From NCBI GenBank assembly GCA_050299455.1, contig JBNKVZ010000001.1, positions 28,035 to 92,034 on the forward strand: 64,000 nt of DNA, read 5' to 3'. Of the stretch, positions 43,394 through 54,774 are shown piece after piece. A model generated the notes under the pieces. The model saw only the letters and a list, made by a program, of their open reading frames with translations, was not told where the DNA came from and searched no databases. Position 1 is the stretch's first letter. Each line of letters begins with the position of its first letter. Source of the DNA: Thalassospira sp. Lineage in GTDB: Bacteria; Pseudomonadota; Alphaproteobacteria; Rhodospirillales; Thalassospiraceae. The position numbers were made by a program, and so were the translations under genes.

Positions 43394-43957
43394 TCAGACT
43401 TGCATGATTTCCTGTTCTTTATGCGCGAGAGCTTCATCGATCTCGCCAATGACCTTGTCCGTCAGCTTCTGAATTTCTTTTTCTTCAGAACGAAGAATGT
43501 CTTCAGAAATTTCGCTGTCTTTTTCCCATTTCTTCAGCTGATCCATGCCGTCACGACGGACATTTCGTACTGAAATACGGGCCTGTTCGGCATATTTACC
43601 GGCGACCTTACCCAATTCCTGACGGCGTTCTTCGTTCAGAGCCGGAATCGGAACACGCACAAGCGTACCGTCAGCGGACGGGTTAAGACCAAGGCCGGCA
43701 TTACGAATGGCTTTTTCGACAGATTTAACCATCGATTTATCCCAAACCTGAACCGACAGCATCCGAGACTCAGGAACACTAACCGAGCCCACCTGGTTCA
43801 GCGGTGTCATTGCGCCATAGGCTTCAACCATAACAGGATCGAGAAGGCTTACACTCGCACGCCCGGTCCGCAGACCGGTGAATTCCTTGTGCAATACTTC
43901 AAGCGCCCCTTCCATACGGCGGGTGAGGTCCTTTTTTAGGCCAGCAACGTCAGACAC
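43394..43957 (-). CDS. frr: Ribosome recycling factor
   Basis: GTG 43957 lies 2 nt after the pyrH stop and gives [35 protein letters not shown], matching RRF N termini. The ORF-track extension into pyrH was rejected. Confidence 0.92.
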   Translation of the reverse strand: MSDVAGLKKDLTRRMEGALEVLHKEFTGLRTGRASVSLLDPVMVEAYGAMTPLNQVGSVSVPESRMLSVQVWDKSMVKSVEKAIRNAGLGLNPSADGTLVRVPIPALNEERRQELGKVAGKYAEQARISVRNVRRDGMDQLKKWEKDSEISEDILRSEEKEIQKLTDKVIGEIDEALAHKEQEIMQV

Positions 43958-43959
43958 CT

Positions 43960-44691
43960 TCAGTCTCCATTCGAAATAATTGTAAATGTACCCTTTGCAC
44001 AAACGACGTCGGCAAAAGCGCCGGGATTATGCAAAGAAAATACAATTACTGGAATATCATTTTCGCGCGCCAAAGAAATAGCGGAAGCATCCATAACACG
44101 CAAATCTTTCGCAAGTACATCCATATATGTCAGTTCGTCGTAACGAACCGCATCAGGATCGGTCTTGGGATCGGCGGTATAAACACCGTCAACCTGCGTT
44201 CCCTTTAACAGGGCATCACAGCCCATTTCAACCGCACGCAAGGCTGCAGCAGTATCGGTGGTGAAAAACGGGTTGCCGGTACCAGCCGCAAAAATAACAA
44301 CACGGCCCTTTTCCATATGGCGCACGGCACGACGGCGAATATAGGGCTCGCAAACCGACGACATCGGAATGGCCGACTGGACCCGGGTCTGAACGCCGTG
44401 ACGTTCAAGTGCATTCTGCACGGCCAGCGCATTCATGATGGTCGCAAGCATCCCCATATAGTCGGCCGTTGCGCGTTCCATCCCCTGTGATGCCCCTTTG
44501 ACACCGCGAAAGATGTTCCCGCCGCCAATCACCATACAGACTTCCGCGCCCATTTCATGGACCGTCTTGATCTCGCTGGCGATACGATCAACCGTATCGG
44601 GGTCAAGACCATATTGCTGTTTGCCCAGTAGACCTTCGCCGGACAATTTCAACAGCACACGACGAAACTTCAACGGGCCGTTTTCTGCCAT
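43960..44691 (-). CDS. pyrH: UMP kinase
   Basis: 243 aa. Contains [19 protein letters not shown] and [11 protein letters not shown]. Confidence 0.95.
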   Translation of the reverse strand: MAENGPLKFRRVLLKLSGEGLLGKQQYGLDPDTVDRIASEIKTVHEMGAEVCMVIGGGNIFRGVKGASQGMERATADYMGMLATIMNALAVQNALERHGVQTRVQSAIPMSSVCEPYIRRRAVRHMEKGRVVIFAAGTGNPFFTTDTAAALRAVEMGCDALLKGTQVDGVYTADPKTDPDAVRYDELTYMDVLAKDLRVMDASAISLARENDIPVIVFSLHNPGAFADVVCAKGTFTIISNGD

Positions 44692-44757
44692 ATCCAGATG
44701 CCTCTCAATGCGGATTTACGCTACCAAACAACAAGGTAGCATTATTCAGATATAGAA

Positions 44758-44805
44758 AGACCGGCGAGCAACAGGGTGTTATCACTCTGAGGACCCCGCC
44801 GGTCT
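44758..44805 (-). terminator. Long terminator-like hairpin downstream of tsf
   Basis: AGACCGGCG (44758-44766) pairs with CGCCGGTCT (44797-44805), with an imperfect inner stem (CAGAGTG/CACCCTG). The minus-strand tail is TTCTATATC. The U-tract is weak. Confidence 0.45.
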
Positions 44806-44852
44806 GGATCATACACGAATTGACACATGACGCATCAACTCGATCATATATC

Positions 44853-45776
44853 TTACTTCTTCAGCTGCTCTGCAACTTCAGCAGCAAAGTCTTTTTCTTC
44901 CTTTTCGATCCCGTCGCCGAGTTCGTAACGGATAAAGCCTTTAAACGTGATCGGCGTACCAGCTTCTTTGGCAGCATTTTCAATCACGGTCTTGACCTTG
45001 TTTTCACCGTCGATCACGAAGGTCTGCTCAAGCAGAACGACCTGTTCGTAATATTTACGGATACGACCTTCGATCATCTTGGCGATGATTTCGTCCGGAC
45101 GGCCCGATTCTTTGGCCTGTTCGGTCAGAACGGTTTTTTCACGTTCAACCAGTTCCGGGTCCAGATCAGCAATGGTTGCCGATGCAGGGTTGGTTGCGGC
45201 AATGTGCATCGCAATCTGCTTGCCAAGGCCTTCAAGAACAGCGGCATCCGCTTCGGATTCCAGGGCAACCAGAACACCGATTTTACCAAGGTCCGGCGCG
45301 ATCGACGCGTGAACGTAAGATGCAACAACACCCTTTTCGACCGCAATAGACGCAACGCGGCGCAGGTTCATGTTTTCGCCAATGGTGGCGATCATGTGGG
45401 TAACCTGTTCTTCGACATTACGTGAAGTATCCGGGAACGGCGTTGCTTTCAGCGCGTCAATGTCACCATTGGCAACGATACCGAGTTCGGCAACCTGGGA
45501 AACGAATTTCTGGAAGTCTTCGTTACGCGAAACGAAGTCGGTTTCGGCGTTCAGTTCGATAACGGCACCAGCAGTACCATTAACAGCAACACCAACCAGA
45601 CCTTCGGCAGCAACACGGCCAGCTTTCTTGGCAGCGGCAGCAAGACCCTTGGTGCGAAGCCAGTCAACGGCTGCTTCAAGGTTGCCATCGGTTTCGGAAA
45701 GCGCCTTTTTGCAGTCCATCATGCCAGCGCCGGTGGTTTCGCGAAGCTCTTTCACGAGAGCAGCGGTAATAGCCAT
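44853..45776 (-). CDS. tsf: Elongation factor Ts
   Basis: 307 aa. Starts [26 protein letters not shown]. Confidence 0.97.
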   Translation of the reverse strand: MAITAALVKELRETTGAGMMDCKKALSETDGNLEAAVDWLRTKGLAAAAKKAGRVAAEGLVGVAVNGTAGAVIELNAETDFVSRNEDFQKFVSQVAELGIVANGDIDALKATPFPDTSRNVEEQVTHMIATIGENMNLRRVASIAVEKGVVASYVHASIAPDLGKIGVLVALESEADAAVLEGLGKQIAMHIAATNPASATIADLDPELVEREKTVLTEQAKESGRPDEIIAKMIEGRIRKYYEQVVLLEQTFVIDGENKVKTVIENAAKEAGTPITFKGFIRYELGDGIEKEEKDFAAEVAEQLKK

Positions 45777-45815
45777 TTTTAAAGCCCCTATTACGCGATC
45801 AAGTGGATAACACCT

Positions 45816-45845
45816 AAAGAAACGGCGGCATGATAGCCGCCGCTT
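45816..45845 (-). terminator. Hairpin plus U-rich tail in the rpsB-tsf spacer (possible attenuator)
   Basis: Minus strand reads CGGCGGC tatcat GCCGCCG followed by TTTCTTT. Internal attenuation between rpsB and tsf is known in E. coli. Confidence 0.45.
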
Positions 45846-45865
45846 CCCTGGGTATAAAATGAAAT

Positions 45866-46648
45866 TTAAGCGGAAGCAGCCTGATCGGCAGCTTCGGTAG
45901 CAGCAGCTTCCTGTGCCGGGAGTTCTTCGGCTTCGCCGAGGTCTGCACCGGAAGCAGTCATTTCGGCCTGGATACCGTCAAGAACGGCACCAACAAACAG
46001 GTCGCAATACAGCTGAATAGCACGGATCGCGTCGTCGTTGCCCGGAACCGGATACTGAACGTCCTGCGGGTCCGAGTTCGAGTCCAGAACAGCAACAACC
46101 GGAATGTTCAGGTTGCGTGCTTCATGGATCGCGAGAGATTCTTTGTTGGTGTCAACCACGATAATGATATCGGGCAGACCACCCATATCCTTAATACCGC
46201 CCAGAGCGCGTTCCAGTTTGTCGCGCGAACGGGTCAGGTTCAGGGTTTCTTTTTTGGTCAGGCCTTCAGCACCGGCATTCAGGATTTCGTCCTGTTCCTT
46301 CAGGCGTTTGATCGAGCCCGAAACGGTGTTCCAGTTGGTCAGCATACCGCCAAGCCAACGATGGTTCACATAATACTGACCGCAACGCTTGGCAGCTTCA
46401 GCGATAACCGGCGAAGCCTGGCGTTTGGTGCCAACGAACAGAACACGGCCACCAGCAGCGGTCACGTCGCGAACAGCCTGCATCGCACGATGCAGCATCG
46501 GAACGGTTTCCTGCAGGTTCAGGATATGAATGTCGTTACGTGCGCCAAAGATGTACGGCTTCATCTTCGGGTTCCAGCGACGGGTGTGGTGACCAAAGTG
46601 AACGCCGGCTTCCATCAGCTGACGCATGGTAAAGGTTGGCAATGCCAT
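45866..46648 (-). CDS. rpsB: 30S ribosomal protein S2
   Basis: 260 aa. Starts [29 protein letters not shown]. Confidence 0.97.
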   Translation of the reverse strand: MALPTFTMRQLMEAGVHFGHHTRRWNPKMKPYIFGARNDIHILNLQETVPMLHRAMQAVRDVTAAGGRVLFVGTKRQASPVIAEAAKRCGQYYVNHRWLGGMLTNWNTVSGSIKRLKEQDEILNAGAEGLTKKETLNLTRSRDKLERALGGIKDMGGLPDIIIVVDTNKESLAIHEARNLNIPVVAVLDSNSDPQDVQYPVPGNDDAIRAIQLYCDLFVGAVLDGIQAEMTASGADLGEAEELPAQEAAATEAADQAASA

Positions 46649-46790
46649 GATAATTTCCTACCGTTTTCCGGTTAATACCTCCGTGGGAAGGAATTCTGCC
46701 ACCTGGCAAAACACCGGATGGACGCTCCGCAATGGATCGCCACGCTCCCACGTGTGATGTTCGAGGCGGTTTTTAGCGCCGCCCCCCGCA
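46649..46790 (-). promoter_or_regulatory. Structured 5' leader of rpsB (candidate S2 autoregulatory element)
   Basis: CGTGGGA (46752-46746 on the mRNA strand) pairs with TCCCACG (46688-46682), closing a 57-nt domain immediately 5' of GGAGG. GGAGCGT and TCCAT are each repeated twice inside. The call is structural only. Confidence 0.35.
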
Positions 46791-46845
46791 GATTGCAAGC
46801 CTTAACTACACGTTCGAGCCCACAAAAACTGCAATAAAAGCCCGA

Positions 46846-49800
46846 TCAGATCTCTTCGGCAAATTCCACACCGGGAATCGAACCAACCGCCCCGATCAAG
46901 GACGGGCCAACCTTGAAATGGTCAGCCAGTTCGACTTCCGCAATCCGGCCATCGGCACAAACCGATGAAATATTCACAAGCCCCCGACCCCGGCCCGCCT
47001 TTTCCAATAGCTCGCGAATTTCAACAATCGGGTCGGTGCGGGTCAAACGGATGCGAATACCTTCCGCCGCACCGGCAACTGCTTGCTCCAGGTCTTCGAC
47101 CCGTTGTCCCTGAATGCGCAATTGACCTTCGCGCATTTCGGCTGAAACCAGCAGCAACATGGGACGACCGGAATTAATGATCTCCTTGTAAGCCGCCCAG
47201 GCTTCAGCCCAAAACGCGACTTCAAAACTGCCCGTGGCATCCGAGAGCATAACAAAGGCAAATTTGCTGCCGTTCTTTTTGGAAATCATCTCGCGGGCAT
47301 TAATCAACGTCCCGGCAAGTTTGATAGAGCCCTTGTTTTGCGCCCGCATGCGGGCTTCAAGCTCGGCAAAGGGGGCAACACCAATCCGCTGAAGGCTTTT
47401 ACCAAAGGTATCAAGCGGATGGGCCGACAGATAAAAGCCAATCGCTGAAAATTCTTCGGTCAGTTTTTCCATTGGCACCCAGTCACGGCCATCGGGCAAA
47501 CGAATGGTATCTTTGCCAAAGCCGCTGTCATCGCCAAACATGCTGATCTGGTCATTATTCCGGGCCTGCATCTCGCGCTGCGATACAGCCAGAATTTTAT
47601 CAACATTCTCAAACATGACACGGCGGTTTTCATGCAGGCAATCTAGCGCCCCGGCCCGTACCAGGTTTTCCAGCAAACGTTTATTAAGTGCCCGGCTATC
47701 AATGCGCGATGCAAAATCCGTCAGATCCTTGAACTCGCCCTGATCTTCACGGGCATTGACAAGGCTTTCCATCGCCGCATCACCCACATTGCGGATGGCC
47801 GCAAGCGCATAGCGAATTTTACGCACCCCACCATGATTTTCGACGGTAAAGGCCACGCCCGATTTGTTCACACAGGGGGGCAAAATTTCAATTTTCAGGC
47901 GTTCGACTTCCTGCTTGAAAATTGCCAGCTTGTCGGTGTTGTGCATATCAAGCGTCATTAACGCGGCCATAAACTCGACCGGATAATTCGCCTTCAGATA
48001 GGCCGTTTGATAAGCAACAAGCGCGTAAGCGGCCGCGTGCGATTTGTTAAAGCCGTAAGATGCGAATTTGGCAACCTGATCAAAAATATCAGAAGCCTGC
48101 TGGCGGTCGACATTGTTCTTTTCGGCCCCGTCCACAAACAGCGAGCGCTGTTTTTCCATTTCCTCGGCAATTTTTTTACCCATGGCCCGGCGCAACAAAT
48201 CTGCGCCGCCAAGCGAATAGCCAGACATGATCTGGGCAAGCTGCATGACCTGTTCCTGATAGATCATGATGCCATAGGTTTCTTCGAGGATCGGCTTTAG
48301 CATCGGGTGCATGTAATCGGGCTCTTCGCGCCCATGCTTACGTGCAATATAATAGGGAATATTATCCATCGGGCCTGGGCGATACAGCGCCACCACAGCG
48401 ATAATGTCTTCCAGGGTATCGGGTTTCAGGCCCCGCAACACATCCTGCATACCCTGAGATTCAAGCTGGAACACGCCAACGGTTTCCGCTGCCGACAAAA
48501 GTTTAAAAGATTGCCGGTCATCAAGCGGAATGGCACTGATGTCAAAATCCTGCGGCACATCATCACGCAGGCGCATCAGATTAACCGCCTCGATAATCAC
48601 GGTCAGTGTTTTCAGCCCCAGAAAGTCAAATTTGACCAGCCCGGCATTTTCAACAAACTTCATGTTGAACTGGGTCACGGGCATATCGGAGCGCGGATCG
48701 CGATAAAGCGGGACCAGTTCATCAAGGTCACGGTCACCAATCACCACCCCGGCCGCGTGGGTCGATGAATTTCGGTACAGGCCTTCAATTTGCATGGCAA
48801 TTGTAAGCAGCCGGTCAATATCCGGGTCCTCGCGCGCAATACGGCGCAGGTCCGGTTCCATGTCGATGGCTTCTTTTAACGGAATGGGCTTGGCCGGATC
48901 GCCGGGAATCATTTTACAGATTTTATCGACATAGCCATAAGGAATGCCCAAAACGCGGCCAACGTCACGCACCGCCGCCTTTGCCTGCAATTTACCAAAG
49001 GTAATAATCTGGGCAACACGGTCATAGCCATATTTGTGCTGCACATATTCAATCACTTCGCCGCGCCGATCCTGACAGAAATCGACGTCAAAGTCGGGCA
49101 TCGACACACGTTCCGGGTTAAGGAAACGTTCAAACAGCAGTGAAAAGCGCAAAGGATCCAGGTCGGTAATCAATAACGCATAAGCCACAAGGGACCCTGC
49201 CCCGGAACCACGACCGGGACCAACCGGAATATCATGTTCCTTTGCCCATTGAATAAAATCGGCAACGATCAGGAAGTAACCGGGAAAGCCCATCTGAATA
49301 ATAATACCCAGCTCATATTCCAGGCGGGCGTTATAGGGTTCGGCAATTTTCTTTTTGTCTTCCTCGGACATGTCCGGGCTATAGACATATTTTTCCAGGC
49401 GGGCCTGCAAACCATCAAACGAGCGATGGCGCAATTCGTCCACCTCGGTGCGGCCTTCACCACAGTCAAATGGCAGCAGGATCGGATCAATTTTCTCGAC
49501 ATGCCAGGCGCAACGCTGGGCAATGATCAAGGTGTTATCACAGGCTTCCGGCAGGTCGGAAAACAGTTCGCGCATTTCAGCAGCGGTTTTAAAGCGATGA
49601 TCCGGTGTCAAGCGCCAGCGATCTTCCTGACCAACAACTGCCCCCTGCCCGATGCAAATAAACACATCATGGGCTTCATACATGTCGACACGGGGGAAAT
49701 AACAGTCATTCGTCGCAACCAGCGGCACATCATGCTCATATGCCATGTCGATCAAGGCAGGCTCAATCACCTCTTCGGATGCCAATCCGTGACGCTGCAA

Positions 49801-50331
49801 CTCGATATAAAGCTGGTCTCCGAAAATATCTTTCAGGCGCAAGAGACAATCTGTCGCCTTTTGCTGTTGTTCTTCACGCAGCAAGCGGGCCAACGGACCG
49901 GACGGACCGCCTGTCAGGCAAATGACATCCTCGCAATGTTCCGCCAAATGTTCCAAAAGGGCCTTGGGCGTACTGCCTGCTTCTGTTGTCATATGCGCAC
50001 GCGAGACAATTTTCAGCAGGTTAAAATAACCGGTTTTGCTTTGCGCCAGTAAAACCAGTTCATCGGGGTCGGGTTCCCGCCCGGCCTTGCCTAGCACCAC
50101 TTCGGTGCCAAAACGTTCAATACCGACCTGCACACCCAAAATCGGCTGCACGCCGGAGCCACTGGCCGCCCCCGCGAAATCAAGCGCACCAAACATATTG
50201 TTGGTGTCGGTCATGGCGGCGGCAGGCTGCCCGTCAGCGGCGCATAATTTCACCAGTTCCTTGGTCGTTATGGCCCCTTCAGCAAGTGAATAGTTCGTAT
50301 GAACACGGAGGTGGATAAAACCGTTTTCCAT
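46846..50331 (-). CDS. dnaE: DNA polymerase III alpha subunit
   Basis: About 1161 aa. It has a PHP domain (IHLRVHTNYSLAEGA), polymerase core and OB fold. ATG 50331 (MENGFIHL) is preferred, because the ORF-track start 50349 is a GTG abutting the upstream hairpin's U-tract. Confidence 0.96.
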   Translation of the reverse strand: MENGFIHLRVHTNYSLAEGAITTKELVKLCAADGQPAAAMTDTNNMFGALDFAGAASGSGVQPILGVQVGIERFGTEVVLGKAGREPDPDELVLLAQSKTGYFNLLKIVSRAHMTTEAGSTPKALLEHLAEHCEDVICLTGGPSGPLARLLREEQQQKATDCLLRLKDIFGDQLYIELQRHGLASEEVIEPALIDMAYEHDVPLVATNDCYFPRVDMYEAHDVFICIGQGAVVGQEDRWRLTPDHRFKTAAEMRELFSDLPEACDNTLIIAQRCAWHVEKIDPILLPFDCGEGRTEVDELRHRSFDGLQARLEKYVYSPDMSEEDKKKIAEPYNARLEYELGIIIQMGFPGYFLIVADFIQWAKEHDIPVGPGRGSGAGSLVAYALLITDLDPLRFSLLFERFLNPERVSMPDFDVDFCQDRRGEVIEYVQHKYGYDRVAQIITFGKLQAKAAVRDVGRVLGIPYGYVDKICKMIPGDPAKPIPLKEAIDMEPDLRRIAREDPDIDRLLTIAMQIEGLYRNSSTHAAGVVIGDRDLDELVPLYRDPRSDMPVTQFNMKFVENAGLVKFDFLGLKTLTVIIEAVNLMRLRDDVPQDFDISAIPLDDRQSFKLLSAAETVGVFQLESQGMQDVLRGLKPDTLEDIIAVVALYRPGPMDNIPYYIARKHGREEPDYMHPMLKPILEETYGIMIYQEQVMQLAQIMSGYSLGGADLLRRAMGKKIAEEMEKQRSLFVDGAEKNNVDRQQASDIFDQVAKFASYGFNKSHAAAYALVAYQTAYLKANYPVEFMAALMTLDMHNTDKLAIFKQEVERLKIEILPPCVNKSGVAFTVENHGGVRKIRYALAAIRNVGDAAMESLVNAREDQGEFKDLTDFASRIDSRALNKRLLENLVRAGALDCLHENRRVMFENVDKILAVSQREMQARNNDQISMFGDDSGFGKDTIRLPDGRDWVPMEKLTEEFSAIGFYLSAHPLDTFGKSLQRIGVAPFAELEARMRAQNKGSIKLAGTLINAREMISKKNGSKFAFVMLSDATGSFEVAFWAEAWAAYKEIINSGRPMLLLVSAEMREGQLRIQGQRVEDLEQAVAGAAEGIRIRLTRTDPIVEIRELLEKAGRGRGLVNISSVCADGRIAEVELADHFKVGPSLIGAVGSIPGVEFAEEI

Positions 50332-50350
50332 TGCCAGCGACCTCGACACA

Positions 50351-50391
50351 AAAACAAAAGCAAAAAAGCCACGGGCGCCGCAAGGGCGCCC
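50351..50391 (-). terminator. Terminator-like hairpin downstream of lolD, directly upstream of dnaE
   Basis: Minus strand reads GGGCGCC cttgc GGCGCCC, then GTGGCTTTTTTGCTTTTGTTTTTG. Confidence 0.55.
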
Positions 50392-50424
50392 ACCAGCCAG
50401 ATAATTATAAAAACCGCGACGCGA

Positions 50425-51159
50425 TTATGAAAGTGTTTCCCGGTCCAACTCGATAAGATGACCATCGCGCAAGGTAATGATCCGATCCATCTGGCTGGCC
50501 AGTTCGGGGTTGTGGGTCGCAATCAATGATGCCAGGCCGGTTTGCCGCACCAACGATACCAGCATCCCAAACACATTTTCCGCTGTTTGTGGGTCCAGGT
50601 TGCCGGTTGGCTCGTCCGCGAACAAAACATCAGGCACATTTGCAAGGGCGCGGGCAATGGCAACACGTTGTTGCTCGCCCCCCGAAAGGCGCGCTGGGCG
50701 ATGCTGGGCACGGGCTTCAATCCCCAGGCATTGCAGCAGTTCCATCGCCCGGGTTTCAGCATCTTTGCGATTAAGGCCGGCAATCATTTGCGGAATGACG
50801 ACATTCTCGATCGCGGAAAATTCCGGCAACAAATGATGGTACTGGTAAACAAACCCAATATGGTCACGGCGCATTTGTGTGCGGGCATGATCCGACAAAT
50901 CCGTACTGCGCTTGCCGCCAATCGAAACCGTACCATTATCGGGTCGTTCCAAAAGGCCCGCAATCTGCAACAGGGTGGACTTACCCGCCCCGGAAGGCCC
51001 GACCAATGCGACAATCTCGCCTTCGTTAATTGTCAGATCAACCGATTTCAAAACATCAAGCCGTTCGGCCCCTTGCGCAAAGGAGCGTACAACCTTTTCC
51101 AGTTTCAACATCGGTTTTGCCTGGCGCTGGGCGGCCGATTTTTTATGAAGATCATTCAT
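50425..51159 (-). CDS. lolD: Lipoprotein-releasing ABC transporter ATP-binding protein
   Basis: 244 aa. It has Walker A (GPSGAGKST), the signature [15 protein letters not shown], and Walker B ([11 protein letters not shown]). It overlaps lolC by 8 nt. Confidence 0.9.
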   Translation of the reverse strand: MNDLHKKSAAQRQAKPMLKLEKVVRSFAQGAERLDVLKSVDLTINEGEIVALVGPSGAGKSTLLQIAGLLERPDNGTVSIGGKRSTDLSDHARTQMRRDHIGFVYQYHHLLPEFSAIENVVIPQMIAGLNRKDAETRAMELLQCLGIEARAQHRPARLSGGEQQRVAIARALANVPDVLFADEPTGNLDPQTAENVFGMLVSLVRQTGLASLIATHNPELASQMDRIITLRDGHLIELDRETLS

Positions 51160-52402
51160 AACGCAGCGCCTCCACCGGATCGAGGCGCGATGCCCGCCAG
51201 GCCGGATAAATGGTTGCCAGGAAGGACAAGGTCAGCGACATCACGCAAACCAGAACCACCTCATTAACATCCAGGTCAGCCGGCAATTGCGACAGGAAAT
51301 AAATTTCCGCGTTAAACAGATCAGCCCCAGTCAGGCTCTGAATGAACTGGCGGATGCTTTCGATATTCTGGCAAAAAACAACACCTAAAATCAGGCCGCT
51401 CAGGGTCCCCAGAACCCCGATAGATGCGCCTGCCAAAAAGAATATCCGCAATATCGAGCCCCGGGTTGCCCCCATTGTGCGCAAGATCGCGATATCCCGG
51501 CCCTTGTCTTTCACCAGCATCACCATGCCTGAAATGATGTTAAAGGCGGCAACAAGAATGATCAGCGTCAAAATCAGGAACATAACGTTCCGCTCGACCT
51601 GCAAGGCATTAAAGAAATTGGAATTTGATTGCTGCCAATTCACCAGACGCAGTCTTTCGCCCCGCAAATTTTGCAACAGGTCATTCATCGTGCCTGACAA
51701 GCGCGACGGGTCCTTTAAAACCACCTCAAAATTCGAGATTTTACCCGGCATCTGAAAATAGGTTTGGGCGACCGCAAGCGGCATGAAAATGAAGCCTGAA
51801 TCATATTCATACATGCCAATGTCAAACAGCGCGACGACATGGTAGGACCGCATGCGCGGAACAGAGCCAAAGGCGGTCACCTTGCCCTTGGGCGAAATCA
51901 GATTAACCGTGTCCCCCACGCCAATGCCAAGTTTCATGGCAAGACGGGCGCCCATGATGATTGCATCATCACCCTTAAAGTTTTTAAGGCTGCCAAAAAC
52001 GATATTATCAGCCAGCGTCTTACGCTTGGTAATGTCATCGGGGGCCATGCCACGAACAATCGCACCAGTGGCACGACCACCTTTAGAGGCCATGACCTGG
52101 CCTTCAACAATCGGGTCTACCAGCGTAACATTGCCGGTTTCCCGAATTTTCTTTTCGATTTCAGCATAGTCAGGAAGGCCATCCGGCCCCTGTGCATAGA
52201 CCGATATATGCCCGTTCAGTCCAAGAATACGTGAAAGCAATTCGGCACGAAAACCATTCATGACCGACATCACGATGATCAGCGTCGCAACGCCAAGCAT
52301 AATACCCAACAGGGAAAAAATCGCGATGACCGAAACAAAGCCTTCCTGCCGACGGGGGCGCAGATAGCGAAACGCCACCATACGCTCGAACGGACTGAAC
52401 AT
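51152..52402 (-). CDS. lolC: Lipoprotein-releasing ABC transporter permease (LolC/LolE family)
   Basis: ATG 52402 gives [22 protein letters not shown]. It has a MacB-like periplasmic domain and a C-terminal FtsX fold. The ORF-track start 52411 is a TTG. Confidence 0.88.
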   Translation of the reverse strand: MFSPFERMVAFRYLRPRRQEGFVSVIAIFSLLGIMLGVATLIIVMSVMNGFRAELLSRILGLNGHISVYAQGPDGLPDYAEIEKKIRETGNVTLVDPIVEGQVMASKGGRATGAIVRGMAPDDITKRKTLADNIVFGSLKNFKGDDAIIMGARLAMKLGIGVGDTVNLISPKGKVTAFGSVPRMRSYHVVALFDIGMYEYDSGFIFMPLAVAQTYFQMPGKISNFEVVLKDPSRLSGTMNDLLQNLRGERLRLVNWQQSNSNFFNALQVERNVMFLILTLIILVAAFNIISGMVMLVKDKGRDIAILRTMGATRGSILRIFFLAGASIGVLGTLSGLILGVVFCQNIESIRQFIQSLTGADLFNAEIYFLSQLPADLDVNEVVLVCVMSLTLSFLATIYPAWRASRLDPVEALRYE

Positions 52403-52463
52403 AGGCACCAAATCCTTGTGGAGAGGGGTTTCAGACGAAACCCGTGGTCAGATCAAATTTAAC

Positions 52464-52483
52464 GGGGCGGCCCAAACCGCCCC
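52464..52483 (-). terminator. Hairpin downstream of proS
   Basis: GGGGCGG cccaaa CCGCCCC. The minus-strand tail is GTTAAATTTG. A second hairpin (GGGTTTC agac GAAACCC) follows. The U-tract is weak. Confidence 0.4.
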
Positions 52484-52495
52484 ATTAAGCTTTTG

Positions 52496-53815
52496 TCATG
52501 CGCCAATCTGGTTCAACGCGGCCTCAAGGGTGACTTCCGAACGTTCGCCAGTTTTGCGGTTCTTCAGTTCCACAACGCCATTTGCCAAACCTTTGGGCCC
52601 AATCACGATCTGCCAGGGCAGACCAATCAGGTCCATATCGGCAAATTTGCCACCAGCGCGCATGTCACGATCATCATACAGCACGTCAATTTTGGCATTT
52701 TTCAGTTTGCCGTAAATATCTTCACATGCCGCATCACAGGCATCATCACCCGTACGAAGGTTGATCAAACCCACCCGGTACGGGGCGATTTCTTCTGGCC
52801 AGACAATGCCGTTCTCATCATGTGATGCTTCAATAATCGCCCCGACAAGACGCGAAACACCAATACCGTATGATCCCATCATGACCGGCACTTCCTTGCC
52901 ATCCGGGCCCAAAACGGTTGCGCCCATCGGTTCGGAATATTTGGTGCCAAAATGGAAGATATGCCCCACTTCAATACCCCGGGTCGCGATCAAGTCATCC
53001 GCGGCGACCGGGCAATTTGCGGCATCATGTTTTTCATCGGTGGCGGCGTAATCTGCCAGTGTGGTCTGTACCCAGCCTTCAAGATTGGGGCGGTCGTTCA
53101 AATCAACGCCCTTCCCTGTCAGGTCTTTTTCCAGCCACTTCTTATCGCAGAAAACGTCGCTTTCGCCGGTTTCAGCCAGAATAATGAATTCATGGCTCAA
53201 ATCGCCGCCAATCGGGCCGGTATCGGCCACCATCGGAATGGCCTTTACACCCAGCCGTGAAAATGTCCGGCAATAGGCCAGAAACATTTTGTTATAGGCA
53301 TGGCGCGAGCTTTCATAATCAATATCGAAGGAATAGGCATCCTTCATCAGGAATTCGCGGCCTCGCATCACACCAAAGCGCGGGCGGATTTCATCGCGGA
53401 ATTTCCACTGGATATGATACAGCAGCTGCGGAACCTGCTTATAGGATTTCACTTCCTTACGGAAGATATCGGTAATGACTTCTTCGTTGGTCGGGCCGAA
53501 CAGGATGTTACGGTCATGCCGGTCGGTAATGCGCAGCATTTCCAGGCCATAATCTTCATAACGGCCACTTTCCTGCCAAAGCTCTGCCGGCTGGATTGTT
53601 GGCATCAACAATTCGTTACAGCCGATGGCATCCTGCTCCTCACGGACGATCTGTTCGATTTTTTTCAGAACGCGATAGCCCAGCGGCAACCAGGAATAAA
53701 TGCCGGCCGACAATTGCCGCACCATCCCGGCGCGCAGCATCAACCGATGAGAAACGATCTGCGCTTCTGAAGGGGTTTCTTTAAGGGTGGGCAGAAAGAA
53801 CTGGGAAAGACGCAT
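52496..53815 (-). CDS. proS: Proline--tRNA ligase (short form lacking the INS editing domain)
   Basis: 439 aa. Starts [34 protein letters not shown] and carries the class II motifs. Its length matches the alphaproteobacterial type. Confidence 0.96.
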   Translation of the reverse strand: MRLSQFFLPTLKETPSEAQIVSHRLMLRAGMVRQLSAGIYSWLPLGYRVLKKIEQIVREEQDAIGCNELLMPTIQPAELWQESGRYEDYGLEMLRITDRHDRNILFGPTNEEVITDIFRKEVKSYKQVPQLLYHIQWKFRDEIRPRFGVMRGREFLMKDAYSFDIDYESSRHAYNKMFLAYCRTFSRLGVKAIPMVADTGPIGGDLSHEFIILAETGESDVFCDKKWLEKDLTGKGVDLNDRPNLEGWVQTTLADYAATDEKHDAANCPVAADDLIATRGIEVGHIFHFGTKYSEPMGATVLGPDGKEVPVMMGSYGIGVSRLVGAIIEASHDENGIVWPEEIAPYRVGLINLRTGDDACDAACEDIYGKLKNAKIDVLYDDRDMRAGGKFADMDLIGLPWQIVIGPKGLANGVVELKNRKTGERSEVTLEAALNQIGA

Positions 53816-53984
53816 TGATGCCTCGTAATACAGCAGTCTGGAAAGGTCACGATGACCAAAAATCTAGTTCGGGAACATGCGACAGCACAGGCGGAAAGGC
53901 AAGCCGGAACTTGTCATCTAACGAAATCCAATCCAAAGATGGCGACAGACGTTCCTGACACAGCATTGCTCTTAGCAAACGATG

Positions 53985-54473
53985 CTATTTATACCCCGCG
54001 GCCTGGCAGGCGGCAATCAGGTCCGCATTTTGCGCCGCATTCCCGATCGGTTGGTCATTAAAATAGACCTGCCCGTTTTTATAGGTGATTTCGCCTAGCG
54101 TACCCTTGCCACTAATGCCGGTAGGTTGGGAAATACCGGCAAACTCAAAGAAATCCAGCGTCACCGGAAACGTGATCACATCTGGTACCTCAATTTGCGA
54201 GGACGTCGCATTGGGCCCTTCGGCCGGTGTAACCGCATTTCCATTCACATCAATACCGGGCTGATAATCAACACTGGCATCGGGCTTATAGGCCACAATC
54301 GCATCACAGGCAGAACGCGAGATCGTCACTGTCACCGTCTTTGCCGCATCCGATTCTTTTTTGGCGGAATCCGCAGCAAAGCTTGGCTTGGAAAGCACTG
54401 TAATTACGACAAAAATCGATACAAGTACTTTGAAACGCCAGTTTTGCTGGGCTGACGGAACAAATAGCAGCAT
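53985..54473 (-). CDS. Hypothetical exported protein
   Basis: 162 aa. The ATG is preceded by GAAGGTG at a 7-nt spacing. It has a signal peptide (KVLVSIFVVITVLSKPSFA|AD) and two Cys in the mature part. I recognise no family. Confidence 0.55.
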   Translation of the reverse strand: MLLFVPSAQQNWRFKVLVSIFVVITVLSKPSFAADSAKKESDAAKTVTVTISRSACDAIVAYKPDASVDYQPGIDVNGNAVTPAEGPNATSSQIEVPDVITFPVTLDFFEFAGISQPTGISGKGTLGEITYKNGQVYFNDQPIGNAAQNADLIAACQAAGYK

Positions 54474-54774
54474 GGCAACAACACCTTCTAACCATTTGAG
54501 TTATCGTAATTTTGTTACACAACGTTACATCGATTTGTGAAGTTTCGTCAAAACATCTTGCATAATTGTGAATTATATGGCTTTTTAACCGTCCTGAAAC
54601 GACGCAAGATCGTGATGGAATGATGACCGCAGCCGCTCATAAAATGCGGGAGGCTTTGTTGCCAATAAGCACAAAAGAAGCAGGCGCGACATCATTATAA
54701 AGTACCTGTGCCAATGAGCCCAGGTCTAGGAGGAAGCAATAATGATAACGGGAAAACAGCTATAAAATAGCTCT

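Noticed and set aside
45803-45811. DnaA-box-like GTGGATAAC in the rpsB-tsf spacer
   Set aside because: This is a single 8-of-9 match to TGTGGATAA with no cluster, no AT-rich unwinding element and no replication genes nearby. It is compatible with chance.
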